Of a stretch of 37,135 nucleotides of DNA, positions 25,584-34,995 are shown one piece after another (position 1 is the first letter of the stretch; each line of letters begins with the position of its first letter). The DNA comes from a virus. Lineage: Duplodnaviria; Caudoviricetes. The stretch spans positions 1 to 37,135 of IMG/VR virus record IMGVR_UViG_3300018080_000352. One strand, 5' to 3'. Under the pieces are notes generated by a model. It made no database searches. It worked only from the letters and a program-made list of their open reading frames with translations, and was not told where the DNA came from. A program made the translations under genes and the position numbers.

Positions 25584-26018
25584 CTATTGGATTTTGGAGG
25601 AGATGCTTTCCAACGTGGATACTATCTCCTTGTGTTCAACGGTTTGCTGGGCGTGCTGGCTAGTGACGCTTTTCGTAAACGTGCTCATGTCTCGGCTTAG
25701 GGCGTCCATGTTGTCGCCGATACTTTTGACACACTTACCTTGGTCTTCCATGTTGGCCGTTTGCAGACCGAGATTTTTTGTGAGGGCTTGCTGGGTCTCA
25801 ATGTTGGCACGGACCCAACTGGGGAACGTTTGGTAGAAGATGAGGGCTACTACCCCAAGCAGGATCACGGGGATGCCGAACGACATGCTGGCCTTCCAGG
25901 TGAATTCAAGCCAGCTTTTCGGGACGTCGTTGTTGCGGCTCCTTGACACGGCATCCGCCACCGCAGTCGCCACCAACTCTGCCAACCGTTCTTGATCTGT
26001 TCCTGCCGAGTCTATCAT
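25584..26018 (-). CDS. Single-TM plus coiled-coil membrane protein (holin/spanin-like)
   Basis: Start moved to MIDSAG (GGGAG RBS, downstream of the capsid terminator); TM FGIPVILLGVVALIFY. Confidence 0.5.
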   Translation of the reverse strand: MIDSAGTDQERLAELVATAVADAVSRSRNNDVPKSWLEFTWKASMSFGIPVILLGVVALIFYQTFPSWVRANIETQQALTKNLGLQTANMEDQGKCVKSIGDNMDALSRDMSTFTKSVTSQHAQQTVEHKEIVSTLESISSKIQ

Positions 26019-26035
26019 CGATACTCTCCCGTAGT

Positions 26036-26068
26036 AAAAAAGGACTACCGGAACGTTTCCGGTAGTCC
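26036..26068 (-). terminator. Intrinsic terminator after the major capsid gene
   Basis: Perfect 11-bp stem GGACTACCGGA/TCCGGTAGTCC followed by T6. Confidence 0.85.
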
Positions 26069-26101
26069 CGTGAGACGGCGTGCCACAGTTAGCAGGATGG
26101 A

Positions 26102-27235
26102 CTAGTAGACGACAGTGCCATAGGCAACACACTTGGGAACGTAGAGAGCGGGAACACAATTGTCGAGCGTGAGGAGTTCCTGGCCGGACGGCTGGGTGGT
26201 GGGTTCCGACCAACCGTAGATTCCGAATTGTTCCTCGGGCTGAGACATGCGGTTTTCGCGGATCAGTTCCGAGCCCTCATGGAGTTCACACCAGTCGGGA
26301 TCGGGATCGGGAAGGAAGATGGCATGGGTGTCGTCCAAGAACTGGGTAAAGGTGGGCGTAGTGCCTACCTCCAACCCGGCATCGTAGACGTGCCACACCA
26401 GCCAAGGGACGGCCTTGAATACGACCATGTGGCCGGTGTCCTGGATGCCTTCGGCGTTCACTTGCGGTGAGGCCTGCCAACTGTCGAAGACCACGTTCGA
26501 GGTACCAGCAACGGCCTTCATGCCGGTGTTGTTCATCACGTACTGGATGACGGTGGAGTTACACCAGACGTGACGAAGGGGTCTGCCATGCAACTGCTCG
26601 AAAGCCTTGTTGATAGCAAACAGGTCACCGATGATTCCCGTGGCGGCGGTTGCCCAAGACGCTCCGAGGATGTCTCCGGCACCAAGCATGTTGAGCTTGG
26701 CACGGTTACCGTCAGGGACTCGGAAGTCCACGGTTACATGGCCGTCGCCATACTCAACGGGGTACCAGTCGTCACCGCTGTTGAGCAGGTCGAACTTGCC
26801 CTGAAGCATCCGAGACACCATGAACTCGCGGGTGTTGCGGATACGCTGGGCTTGGTTGCGTTCCTGGGCGGCCAGGTACTTTTGGCCCTTCGTTTCCAGG
26901 ACACCCCAGTTTTCGCCGAGACCTCTCAGGTTGAAAAGCTTCTCATCGGGCAGGTGAATCTTTTCATGCGAGCGGTACATGGTCGCCGCGACGTGCCCGA
27001 TGGGGTGGGCCGATGCGGTGGAAGGACCCGTACCGGCAGCCCGGCCCTTTGCCAGGGTACGAGTACGGTTAAAGATATCCCATCCGGTGTAGTGGCCGGA
27101 CACTTGCTGGACAGCGGGGCCTCCCGGACTCATCCCAAGGAACTCTTGTAAGCGACTCGCGGGAGTCTTGAGTTCACTGATCACTTTCGTGATCACAGGG
27201 GCCGAGAAGGCTTCCTTGAGGGTGATGACGGTCAT
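26102..27235 (-). CDS. Major capsid protein (lambda gpE / Phage_cap_E family)
   Basis: RIRNTREFMVSRMLQG, VTVDFRVP, VYDAG, FLDDTHAIF; after protease and decoration genes; followed by a terminator. Confidence 0.85.
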   Translation of the reverse strand: MTVITLKEAFSAPVITKVISELKTPASRLQEFLGMSPGGPAVQQVSGHYTGWDIFNRTRTLAKGRAAGTGPSTASAHPIGHVAATMYRSHEKIHLPDEKLFNLRGLGENWGVLETKGQKYLAAQERNQAQRIRNTREFMVSRMLQGKFDLLNSGDDWYPVEYGDGHVTVDFRVPDGNRAKLNMLGAGDILGASWATAATGIIGDLFAINKAFEQLHGRPLRHVWCNSTVIQYVMNNTGMKAVAGTSNVVFDSWQASPQVNAEGIQDTGHMVVFKAVPWLVWHVYDAGLEVGTTPTFTQFLDDTHAIFLPDPDPDWCELHEGSELIRENRMSQPEEQFGIYGWSEPTTQPSGQELLTLDNCVPALYVPKCVAYGTVVY

Positions 27236-27292
27236 TGTTTGGAACTCCGAGAATAGTGACTAGTGTAAAACCTCTCCAAGCCTTCCGGGAGG

Positions 27293-28150
27293 TTAGGCGT
27301 CAGTGATGGTGATGGTTTGGACCATAACTCCGTCACCCCAGTTATGCGGGATGCAGAGCCATTGATCGGTGGCCAGACTGATGAACTCGAATCCGCCACC
27401 AATGATGTCACCGGCCGTGCTGTACGCAACACTGTCAGCAGCGGCATTGTTGAAGACGACAATGGTGTTGGCGACAGCGGCGGCGACCGTGACGGCGAAG
27501 TCAGCGACGGCCCATACACCACAACGGAAACCCGCTCCAACGGTTGCGATGGACGGCAGGGTGACGGTCAAGGCATCGGTGTCCGAACCGTTGTGGAAGA
27601 GCGTGTCACGGTCGGTTGCCAAGACGGTGTAGGCGTCATCGGCATCGGCACCGAGGTCCATGATCTTCCGCCACGCACCCATCAAGTTCGGGTAGAGTTG
27701 GTCGTCGAACAAGAACCGACCACCCTGGGTCATCTGGGCTCGGAGCAGCCACTCATAGGCCTTGCCCGAGATACCGGCAGCAGACGCTCCGGGGATGATG
27801 AGGCCGCCCGCACGTACGGGGCCACCCACGATGATGAGAGGACCGAAACGGTCGGTGTCCGTACCGGCGTAGTGCATGTTCTGCTCAACGCCCAGAATGC
27901 CGAAAACGTTTTCGTAACCGGCGACGGAGGTCGGGTCCCACTGCTTCAGCTTGCCGGATACGGGACCGCCAAGGATGAGTCCGGGACGGAGGATGTCGGT
28001 GGGGGTATTGCCAGCGTCGACGGAAGCTCCGTCAATCACATAGCCGGTGGTGAGCAAATCCTGCTCCCGGCCCCACCACAGAATGTTCTCGGTGTTGCTG
28101 AGGGCAGCGGTTTGGCCAGGTACCGTGCTAGTTCGTTCAAAGTGTAACAT
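27293..28150 (-). CDS. Head decoration protein (gpD-like) with extra C-terminal domain
   Basis: LRPGLILG...GKLKQWDPT..G.E..FGIL pattern; position before the capsid gene. Confidence 0.7.
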   Translation of the reverse strand: MLHFERTSTVPGQTAALSNTENILWWGREQDLLTTGYVIDGASVDAGNTPTDILRPGLILGGPVSGKLKQWDPTSVAGYENVFGILGVEQNMHYAGTDTDRFGPLIIVGGPVRAGGLIIPGASAAGISGKAYEWLLRAQMTQGGRFLFDDQLYPNLMGAWRKIMDLGADADDAYTVLATDRDTLFHNGSDTDALTVTLPSIATVGAGFRCGVWAVADFAVTVAAAVANTIVVFNNAAADSVAYSTAGDIIGGGFEFISLATDQWLCIPHNWGDGVMVQTITITDA

Positions 28151-28204
28151 GTTACTTCCTCTTGGGAAAATGACGTATGGTGTGTGAACACCTGTTAGGA
28201 CTGA

Positions 28205-29383
28205 CTAGCCAACAGGAAGCAGTTTCGCTCCGTTGGAAGCCGCAATCTCGGCGGCAACTTCCGCGACCCGTTCGTTACTCATCTCTCCGCCGTCCAGGTT
28301 CGGGTTGTCCTGTTCGGTGAGGGAAGCGGCAACCCCTTCGCCCAGAAACTTCGACGTGGCGGATGGAGGGGACATGGCTTCGGCGGTTTCGAGCACAGTG
28401 TCGAGTTCAACACGTTGGATGGAACCATCGTCGTTGATCGACAAAGCGGTGATGCTGTCACGCAAAGGCTTGACCACCTTCTCCACAAAGTCGGCCTTGA
28501 TTGTGCCAGCCTTCAGGAGGTCAGAGATTCTGAGGTCGTACGCTTCCAGGTGTTTCTGGAGAGAGAGGGCGGCCAGCCCGTCAACCTGTTTGGTCAGGGT
28601 GGCGATCTGTGCATCCTTCGCTTCCAACTCCTGGCTCATTGCGACCGGATTGGGTTGTTCTTTCGACATTTTGTCTTTCTCCTCATCGGCATCTTGCGTG
28701 CCGGAAAGTGCTTTGCCAGCTACTACGATTCGCTCGGCCAAGTTCTCAAACGTGGTGTCCTCCGGCAGGGTCAGGCCAGCGGAAGACAGGGCCTCCAGGA
28801 CTTGGGCCACGGAAGGGGCGGTAGCCCGAGTTTCGGGGGATTGAGTGCTTTCGGTGCCTTCGTCAGACAGGGCCGCAACGAAGTCGGAGAGAGACGCGGC
28901 GGTTGCTTGTGCGTCGGTAGCAGCCAGGTTTTTCTCCGCTATGGCCTCGAAGTTATCCTGGCCGGGTACGACGGGGTTTTGGACAAGGGCAATGTGTGAG
29001 ATAGAGTCTTCCCACTCGGTACCCATGCCATCCTTCCAGTTTGGACGTACAAGGGGACTGACTTCGCGGACGACGGTGCCGACTTTCTCGGCGTCGGAGG
29101 CAATTGGTACATCGATGGTACCGTGCAACGCACCGGTTGGAGAGGTCCACAGCTTCTCCCAGAAGCCGCCGTTCTCGTTCCCCGGTGGTTCCTTTGAGGG
29201 ATTGGATTGAGGATCATGCACCCAGGGGGCGGGCACTTTCAGGCCAGCCGCTCGCATCTTGTTGAAGTTCTTGATCCAGTGGGTGATCCGTTCGGGAGTC
29301 ACGACGAATTCTTTACGTTTTCCGGTCAGATCACGAGCAAGGTAGGTGCCGGGCTTGATGATCTGCTTGGAGAAAAGAGGCAT
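28205..29383 (-). CDS. Prohead protease/scaffold (Mu gpI-like)
   Basis: WVH, GFWEKL, REVSP, HIALVQNPVV motifs, then acidic coiled-coil scaffold; start moved to MPLFSK (GGAG RBS). Confidence 0.8.
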   Translation of the reverse strand: MPLFSKQIIKPGTYLARDLTGKRKEFVVTPERITHWIKNFNKMRAAGLKVPAPWVHDPQSNPSKEPPGNENGGFWEKLWTSPTGALHGTIDVPIASDAEKVGTVVREVSPLVRPNWKDGMGTEWEDSISHIALVQNPVVPGQDNFEAIAEKNLAATDAQATAASLSDFVAALSDEGTESTQSPETRATAPSVAQVLEALSSAGLTLPEDTTFENLAERIVVAGKALSGTQDADEEKDKMSKEQPNPVAMSQELEAKDAQIATLTKQVDGLAALSLQKHLEAYDLRISDLLKAGTIKADFVEKVVKPLRDSITALSINDDGSIQRVELDTVLETAEAMSPPSATSKFLGEGVAASLTEQDNPNLDGGEMSNERVAEVAAEIAASNGAKLLPVG

Positions 29384-29427
29384 TTTCATGCTCCAGATAG
29401 GGACGTGTGTAAGCTTGTAACTCCCGC

Positions 29428-29455
29428 AGTTTACCAGATCGGCATATCGACGCAA
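29428..29455 (-). promoter_or_regulatory. Putative promoter for the head operon
   Basis: TTGCGT-16-TAAACT with TG extension. Confidence 0.45.
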
Positions 29456-29463
29456 TAGAAATT

Positions 29464-29472
29464 TGCTATAAT
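29464..29472 (+). promoter_or_regulatory. Extended -10 promoter for the 537-aa gene
   Basis: TGCTATAAT, 51 nt upstream of the ATG; GGAG RBS. Confidence 0.6.
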
Positions 29473-29523
29473 CCGTAGAGCGGAAATTTAACAACAGCCC
29501 AAAAAACGTTACGGAGACACGCT

Positions 29524-31137
29524 ATGAGTCTGAACATTACTAACCTGTTCGAGGATTTAGGGGAACTGGTTGAAGTGATCAATGCCTTCGACACCTTGGC
29601 GGTTACTACCTTGCCGGGGTACGAGTCTGCCATCCGCACGGAGTTTGACGCGAACGGAATGTATGACATGTCGTCTCGATTGCCCCGTCTGTTCGGGGCG
29701 TTCCAAAGTCAGGTATCGGGTTGGCAGACCTCGTTGAATTCCGTTTGCATCAGCAGGCTGACCGACCTCACCACCGTAAGATTGGAACTGCCGGTGGGCG
29801 ACAACTTCGGCGTAAGGAGTGTGCTGGAGGCTCTTTACAGATACATGGTCGACGAGGAAGAATCTCTGGATGGCAGCGACATAACGGTTGGGGCTGTCTC
29901 GTCCGCACTGCTCAGTGACAGCGACGGAACGTTGCTCGTCACGGACATACTGGACGGTGTCAGTCAACCCGTTGGCGGTGGTCCTGCAAACCCTCTATAC
30001 GCACTGGACTTGACTAACGCCGTTGGTTCAGGCCGCTTGCCGGGAGAGCATGCCGACTACGTAGGGACCTATAGCGAACTGGCTGTTACGACGGAGACGG
30101 TGACGGTGGCTTGCATCCGCGATAGCGGTGCAGGTAATGCGACAGAGGGCCGCGAGATATTTGAGGTCAAGGGGGAAAAGAAGCACGCAAGCCCTTGGAG
30201 TTGGAACCCGGAAGGTAGCGGTAATGGACCTCAAATCATGGTGCTGAATGGCTACACCTACGTCACAAACGGAGAGTTCGAGTCGTGGGCTAGCAGTGCC
30301 CCATCGGGTTGGACGTTGGACTCTGGGATTGCCGGGACCGACATTCTGGAAGAGACTACCTCTATCAAACGTGGGGACTCGGCCCTTGAGATGCAGACTC
30401 CGACACGAGCCATCACGGCCGTTTCGGTTGCTAACCCAACTGTGCTTAGCTGCACGGGTCACGGGTTGGCCGTGGGTGATGAGATATTCCTCGCGGGGTT
30501 CACTACGACGCCCGACATCAACGGGGCTCAGACAGTGAACACGGTTCCCACCGATGACACTTTCACGCTCGATATCAACGTGACGGACAACACCGATGGA
30601 GTGGGGACCTGGAAGTTCGATGAGTTGCAGATCAGCCAGGCAGTGAGTGGGCTTGTGCCGGGTAAACGTTATTGCGTGGCGTGCTGGGTGAAGGGCGATG
30701 CGACGATCGCGTCTGGTGCGTTGACCATCCAAATGGAAGGAACGGGTTACGTTGCCGGGACGGTCGAAAAGATAAGCATGGATGATACGGCGTTGGCCGC
30801 TCAGACGAGCTACGGCCTGGAGTACTTCTACTTCAACGCACCGTGGGAAATCCCCAGTGACTTCGAGTTAGTGTTGAAGATCACAGGTACGTTGACCGAC
30901 TCCGCCATCGTGTACGTCGACGGACTTGCGTTGGGTCCGGTAGTCTACCATGGCGGAGTCGGGCTCGCTGTCATCGCGGGCGACGAAGCTTTCTTGCAAG
31001 GTGATCAGTTCTCGTTCGCGTTGTCGAATGACGGGGCTGGAACGTTCCAAGAGTACTTTAGGAAGGCCCACAAGTACCAACTGCCTTCTGACCTTTCCGG
31101 GACCGAGACGATCGCTGATTCTTTGGCCGAAGCTTAG
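29524..31137 (+). CDS. Probable virion/surface protein with CBM4/9-like domain and inserted small beta-barrel
   Basis: VTNGEFESW..PSGW and QISQAVSGLVPGKRYCVACWVKG, separated by AITAVSVANPTV..GHGLAVGDEI..DTFTL. Confidence 0.6.
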   Translation: MSLNITNLFEDLGELVEVINAFDTLAVTTLPGYESAIRTEFDANGMYDMSSRLPRLFGAFQSQVSGWQTSLNSVCISRLTDLTTVRLELPVGDNFGVRSVLEALYRYMVDEEESLDGSDITVGAVSSALLSDSDGTLLVTDILDGVSQPVGGGPANPLYALDLTNAVGSGRLPGEHADYVGTYSELAVTTETVTVACIRDSGAGNATEGREIFEVKGEKKHASPWSWNPEGSGNGPQIMVLNGYTYVTNGEFESWASSAPSGWTLDSGIAGTDILEETTSIKRGDSALEMQTPTRAITAVSVANPTVLSCTGHGLAVGDEIFLAGFTTTPDINGAQTVNTVPTDDTFTLDINVTDNTDGVGTWKFDELQISQAVSGLVPGKRYCVACWVKGDATIASGALTIQMEGTGYVAGTVEKISMDDTALAAQTSYGLEYFYFNAPWEIPSDFELVLKITGTLTDSAIVYVDGLALGPVVYHGGVGLAVIAGDEAFLQGDQFSFALSNDGAGTFQEYFRKAHKYQLPSDLSGTETIADSLAEA

Positions 31138-31765
31138 ACAACAACTCCTGGTAGTCTTCCACCAAGGTCTGGTAGTACCAAGAGTTGGGCAATGCGTTTT
31201 GGACAGCCAGGATGCTGTTGAAGGTTGACTTGTTAGGTTTAGTGACTCCTCGTTTTGCGTTCCACACGCGGGCTTCCACATTGGCCATGAGGGTGGCCGT
31301 GCGGAAATCTGCGATGGGCAGGTGTGGTCGCAATTTCTCATCCCAGTTGAATGCCTGGTCGAACGGTACGCCTTTCTCAAACATCGACCATGCGAATTCC
31401 CACGGGGGACCGGCTAGCATGTAGAAGCCGTGGTTCAGCTTGTGTCGGGCTGCGATAGAAAAGTCTAAGTACTTGGAGTCAGCCATCGGATTGTACATAA
31501 ACGGTTTGATTTCGATCCAGTCGACATACACCGTGGAAGGCTTGTTGGGGGCACGGGTGGCGATGAGGAAATCAGGTCGGTAATGTGCGTACGATCCGTC
31601 GTCCCCCTGGAAGGAAAACATGCAGGGTTCATACAGCCACGTAAACCCGGCCGCCTCGAACATTATGGCCCAACAGGCTTCCAGGGACGAGCGGAACTCG
31701 ACACCGAGTAATGTCTTGGGCTTTGCGGCTTGGCCGCTGTAGAACTCGTGGTTGTAGTTGCTCAT
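31058..31765 (-). CDS. PD-(D/E)XK endonuclease
   Basis: FRSSLEACWAIMF, WLYEP, YRPDF, WIEIKP. Confidence 0.75.
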   Translation of the reverse strand: MSNYNHEFYSGQAAKPKTLLGVEFRSSLEACWAIMFEAAGFTWLYEPCMFSFQGDDGSYAHYRPDFLIATRAPNKPSTVYVDWIEIKPFMYNPMADSKYLDFSIAARHKLNHGFYMLAGPPWEFAWSMFEKGVPFDQAFNWDEKLRPHLPIADFRTATLMANVEARVWNAKRGVTKPNKSTFNSILAVQNALPNSWYYQTLVEDYQELLSKLRPKNQRSSRSRKGQKAVGTCGPS

Positions 31766-31986
31766 ATTTCCGCTCCTAGTTTGTAGGGTACTGGGTCCAA
31801 TCCCTTTTTCAGCCTCAACTCATTCAGCCTTTTGACTAGTACGCGATCGTTTTCCTCCACTTCGTACTGGTTTCTTGGTTCGGGTATTACGTACTTGCTT
31901 GGTCTTCGATCGATTGGCTTCTTCATATAGGTCCTCCAGTGTGGGTTCGATATCTTGATCGCCTTCAAGGATATCTCGGACGTCAT
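31762..31986 (-). CDS. Small hypothetical protein (start uncertain)
   Basis: ATGA coupling to the endonuclease; overlaps 31820-32137. Confidence 0.4.
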   Translation of the reverse strand: MTSEISLKAIKISNPHWRTYMKKPIDRRPSKYVIPEPRNQYEVEENDRVLVKRLNELRLKKGLDPVPYKLGAEI

Positions 31987-32137
31987 CTGTCGGCCGTTCC
32001 AGTACTACGCAGAAGGCGTACGGTGGACTGGGGTGCCGAGAGAGACATATCGGAACCCAGTGAAATTCCATGTAACGGGCTAGGACCTCTTCGAGAGAGT
32101 CGCTTCCGACGTCTTGTAAAACTCTGATTCTCTTCAT
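31820..32137 (-). CDS. Hypothetical protein
   Basis: Starts 10 nt after the terL stop; long 3' overlap makes the extent uncertain. Confidence 0.4.
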   Translation of the reverse strand: MKRIRVLQDVGSDSLEEVLARYMEFHWVPICLSRHPSPPYAFCVVLERPTDDVRDILEGDQDIEPTLEDLYEEANRSKTKQVRNTRTKKPVRSGGKRSRTSQKAE

Positions 32138-32146
32138 GGGTTGGTC

Positions 32147-33631
32147 TCATTCGTATGCGGAGGGTACTTCGGTAATAACAGACTGATGCTTCTGGAGGAA
32201 TTCTACCGACCACTCGGTAGCCATGTGTCCCGCATGCCCGCACATATCCACTTGGTCATCGGTCTCTTTCGGATGGCCGGTCCAGGTGAATAGCTCTGCT
32301 TCAAAGGCATCAAGCCACGGTGCTGACCTCGGCAGGTACACCCGTCCGGCCTCGCAGCGGGTGATGAAGTCGGAAGCTCTGACTAGCTTGTCACGACCGC
32401 GTGTGCGGATTGCCACTACGGGCAAGCCCTGTCGTGCCAGTAGTTGGAACACCCCTATGCCGAGTCCGTCTGCTTCAACACCTATCTTGGACGGTGTGTG
32501 ACCGGAGTCAGAATGGTATTTGAAGTTGTTCCCCACTTCGCGTACGGCCTCTGGCACCTCCTTTTGGAATCGGTCGACGTGCCATAGGAACAGGTTGCTT
32601 GTGGACGTGTCGAGAAGCCAAGTGCCAATCACGAACCATGAGGGTTGGGATCGCCAGATCATTTCGTCGCCAGGACCCTCGCGTGATGAAGCCGCTGGGT
32701 CGATGGTTTGGAACACGAGCATGTCCGGCATGTACACTTCCTTGCCTTGTCCGACAATGTAATCACCCCGGACAGTGTAACGTCGCATCCACGCCTTGCG
32801 GATACGGCCGTCCGCCGATACCCCCCAGTCCCCTTTCATAAGCTGGGCTCGGGTGATCGGGTCAAGGTTGGAAAGCGACTCGGCATATTCGCTCTGGTCC
32901 AGGTACGGATTGTCTTTTAAGAAGGCGGGGAGGTACGGACGGGACGGAATTGTCCCCTGATAGATATCCCCTACTTGCTCTATTCCGAATCGTTCCTTTA
33001 CCCAAATGTGGCCCACTCCACCAGGGTTGGACGCCGAACGAACACGTAGGGGAAGACTGCAACGGAGTCTGCATTCCGGGCACGTCTCTGGAAGAAAGAT
33101 GGCCCTGCCCTTTTCATCGGTCTGGTGAACAGAACAGGCCCCTCGACGAAGACGTGAGAAAAGGTATAGGTAGTCGTCCTCAAACTGTTGGGTCAGTTCG
33201 TCGAACGCTATGTATTGGAACTCGGCAGACTGGTAACGGTACCGATTGAGTTCCGTGTCCATGTAGCCGAAGCAGAGGCTTGCACCGGACGGGAATGTCC
33301 ACTTGTGGTCTGACCCGTGCCAACGAGCATCGGTGTCGTTCAACCATTCCATCGACCGGTCAATCAACGCTTGCGGGAGTCGAAGGTCCGCGAACGTCTT
33401 ACGGAAGATGATGCCGTTGTAGAAAGGGTTGTCGACAAACTGAAGTCCTGCCATCAGCAGAGCGTCAGACTTGCCACCCCCGGCAGCACCTCCGTAAAAC
33501 GCTTCGCGGTATCCGTTCAAGAGTAGGAACGCGGTTTGCTTTGGTGTCGGTACATGCGGGATGTAAGGAGACAGTTCGATTTTGAACTGTTCCGGATTCT
33601 GTACCACTGTCTTCCGCGTTCGTGTGATCAC
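32147..33631 (-). CDS. terL: Terminase large subunit
   Basis: PTPKQ, YGGAAGGGKS, YIAFDELTQ, ASNPGG, TIDPA, GVEADG, DKLVRA, DDQVD. Confidence 0.95.
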   Translation of the reverse strand: MITRTRKTVVQNPEQFKIELSPYIPHVPTPKQTAFLLLNGYREAFYGGAAGGGKSDALLMAGLQFVDNPFYNGIIFRKTFADLRLPQALIDRSMEWLNDTDARWHGSDHKWTFPSGASLCFGYMDTELNRYRYQSAEFQYIAFDELTQQFEDDYLYLFSRLRRGACSVHQTDEKGRAIFLPETCPECRLRCSLPLRVRSASNPGGVGHIWVKERFGIEQVGDIYQGTIPSRPYLPAFLKDNPYLDQSEYAESLSNLDPITRAQLMKGDWGVSADGRIRKAWMRRYTVRGDYIVGQGKEVYMPDMLVFQTIDPAASSREGPGDEMIWRSQPSWFVIGTWLLDTSTSNLFLWHVDRFQKEVPEAVREVGNNFKYHSDSGHTPSKIGVEADGLGIGVFQLLARQGLPVVAIRTRGRDKLVRASDFITRCEAGRVYLPRSAPWLDAFEAELFTWTGHPKETDDQVDMCGHAGHMATEWSVEFLQKHQSVITEVPSAYE

Positions 33632-33636
33632 TAGTC

Positions 33637-34107
33637 TTACCTACCTAACAAGGTGTGTGGTAAGTGGAACCTATTGAGAATCCCGACAGCATACGATCCG
33701 GAGACGTGTATCCAACGACCATCGCTGATCTGGACTTCAATCGAGCCTTTCGTGTTAGACCCAAGTGCAGTACGCACTCCCCGAATAGCGTCTAGCCGGT
33801 AGGCTTCCGTCAGGCAGACGTGGACGAAGGGAGACAACATCTCGATCGGTTCTTCGAGTTCTTCGGGCTCTTCGAGTTCACCGGGTTTTTCGGTGCCCAC
33901 GTAGGTGTGCTTATCCGGTGAATCGACAACGTACCACACACTACCCTCGATGTGGCCGATCGTGTGGTACACCAGAAAATTGCAGTGTACAATCTTGCCG
34001 TCCTCAGATCGGGCATAGTAGCCTTTGGTCAATTCCTTGGTATTGACTAGGCGTGTCCTTGAATCCTTGATCCCAGGAAGGGCAGGGCGTTTTTTGTTAA
34101 CAGACAT
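33637..34107 (-). CDS. Hypothetical protein
   Basis: GAGGA RBS; fits the operon. Confidence 0.55.
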   Translation of the reverse strand: MSVNKKRPALPGIKDSRTRLVNTKELTKGYYARSEDGKIVHCNFLVYHTIGHIEGSVWYVVDSPDKHTYVGTEKPGELEEPEELEEPIEMLSPFVHVCLTEAYRLDAIRGVRTALGSNTKGSIEVQISDGRWIHVSGSYAVGILNRFHLPHTLLGR

Positions 34108-34140
34108 GACGATGTGATTCCTCTACTTTCTGGAAGGAAG

Positions 34141-34620
34141 CTACCAGTCCAAACAACCGCTGTCTTTGACCTCATCGCGTTTAGTGCACGCAGACAATGC
34201 GGCCAGTTTGGCTTGCAGCTTCTTTTCGATTTGCTGCAACCTTTTGCCAGCAGGTATTCTGGCCTCGGCGGCAGCACGGGTTTTGGCTGTCAGTGCGTTG
34301 ATCGCCTCACAGATAGACATGTGGTCTGGGCAGGCGTCGTGGTAGTGTGATGTCCTTCGCGGAAGCCGTTTTCGTATCCGGCCTTCCAACTCATCACGGG
34401 CTTTTTCAAGTTCGGCAATCTGCTTTTCGAGCTTGTCGTATTGCGTGAGTTCCTTGTTGATGCCCAGAGCGAAGATCGCCATCTTGCGGGCTTTGTCTTC
34501 GATATCTTGGATAAGGTTTGGGTTCTCGCCTAGCACTTCGTCCTCTTCGGTCTTGGCGTTGGTCCTGATGAGTTTGACCAACTCGTCTCGATCCGCACGT
34601 GACAGTACTGAGGTTGCCAT
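34141..34620 (-). CDS. Coiled-coil hypothetical protein
   Basis: Start moved to MATSVL with GGAG RBS. Confidence 0.6.
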   Translation of the reverse strand: MATSVLSRADRDELVKLIRTNAKTEEDEVLGENPNLIQDIEDKARKMAIFALGINKELTQYDKLEKQIAELEKARDELEGRIRKRLPRRTSHYHDACPDHMSICEAINALTAKTRAAAEARIPAGKRLQQIEKKLQAKLAALSACTKRDEVKDSGCLDW

Positions 34621-34669
34621 AGTCTTTGTCTCCGTAGGTAAGTTGATGTTGCAGTGAAGGGTGTTTGTG

Positions 34670-34936
34670 CTAGGTGGCGGGCAGGTCAACGTTGAGGGCG
34701 TCGAAGACACTAGAAACGTAGGGTTCTTCCACCAGGACGTGTTTGACCATGTTGCCGAGCACTACGATGAGTACGTATGCCGATTTATGCACGTTGTAGG
34801 CTACCTCTCCAACGGTCATCATGTTGACCCACTGGTGTTCGGCAACCTGAACAAAGGATTTGGGTCGTTGCACCTGGACAGGACGGCCCATTGCTACGTG
34901 CTGAGGCATTACGATGTTTGGGGGCGTTGACGGCAT
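34670..34936 (-). CDS. Hypothetical protein
   Basis: TAAGGA RBS. Confidence 0.55.
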   Translation of the reverse strand: MPSTPPNIVMPQHVAMGRPVQVQRPKSFVQVAEHQWVNMMTVGEVAYNVHKSAYVLIVVLGNMVKHVLVEEPYVSSVFDALNVDLPAT

Positions 34937-34995
34937 GCTGTATCCTTATGGCTTGAGCGATGTGTAGGGTAAAAACGTTAGTGGGGTAAATGGAC

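Noticed and set aside
714-28999. Long + strand ORFs such as 714-1559, 27317-28147 and 28233-28844
   Set aside because: Antisense shadows of well-supported minus-strand genes.
33050-33150. Intein in TerL
   Set aside because: Insert is only about 25 aa and lacks HN-C/S/T splice junction residues.
6608-34974. Recurring TAGGGTA heptamer
   Set aside because: Short word with only modest excess over chance and no consistent position.
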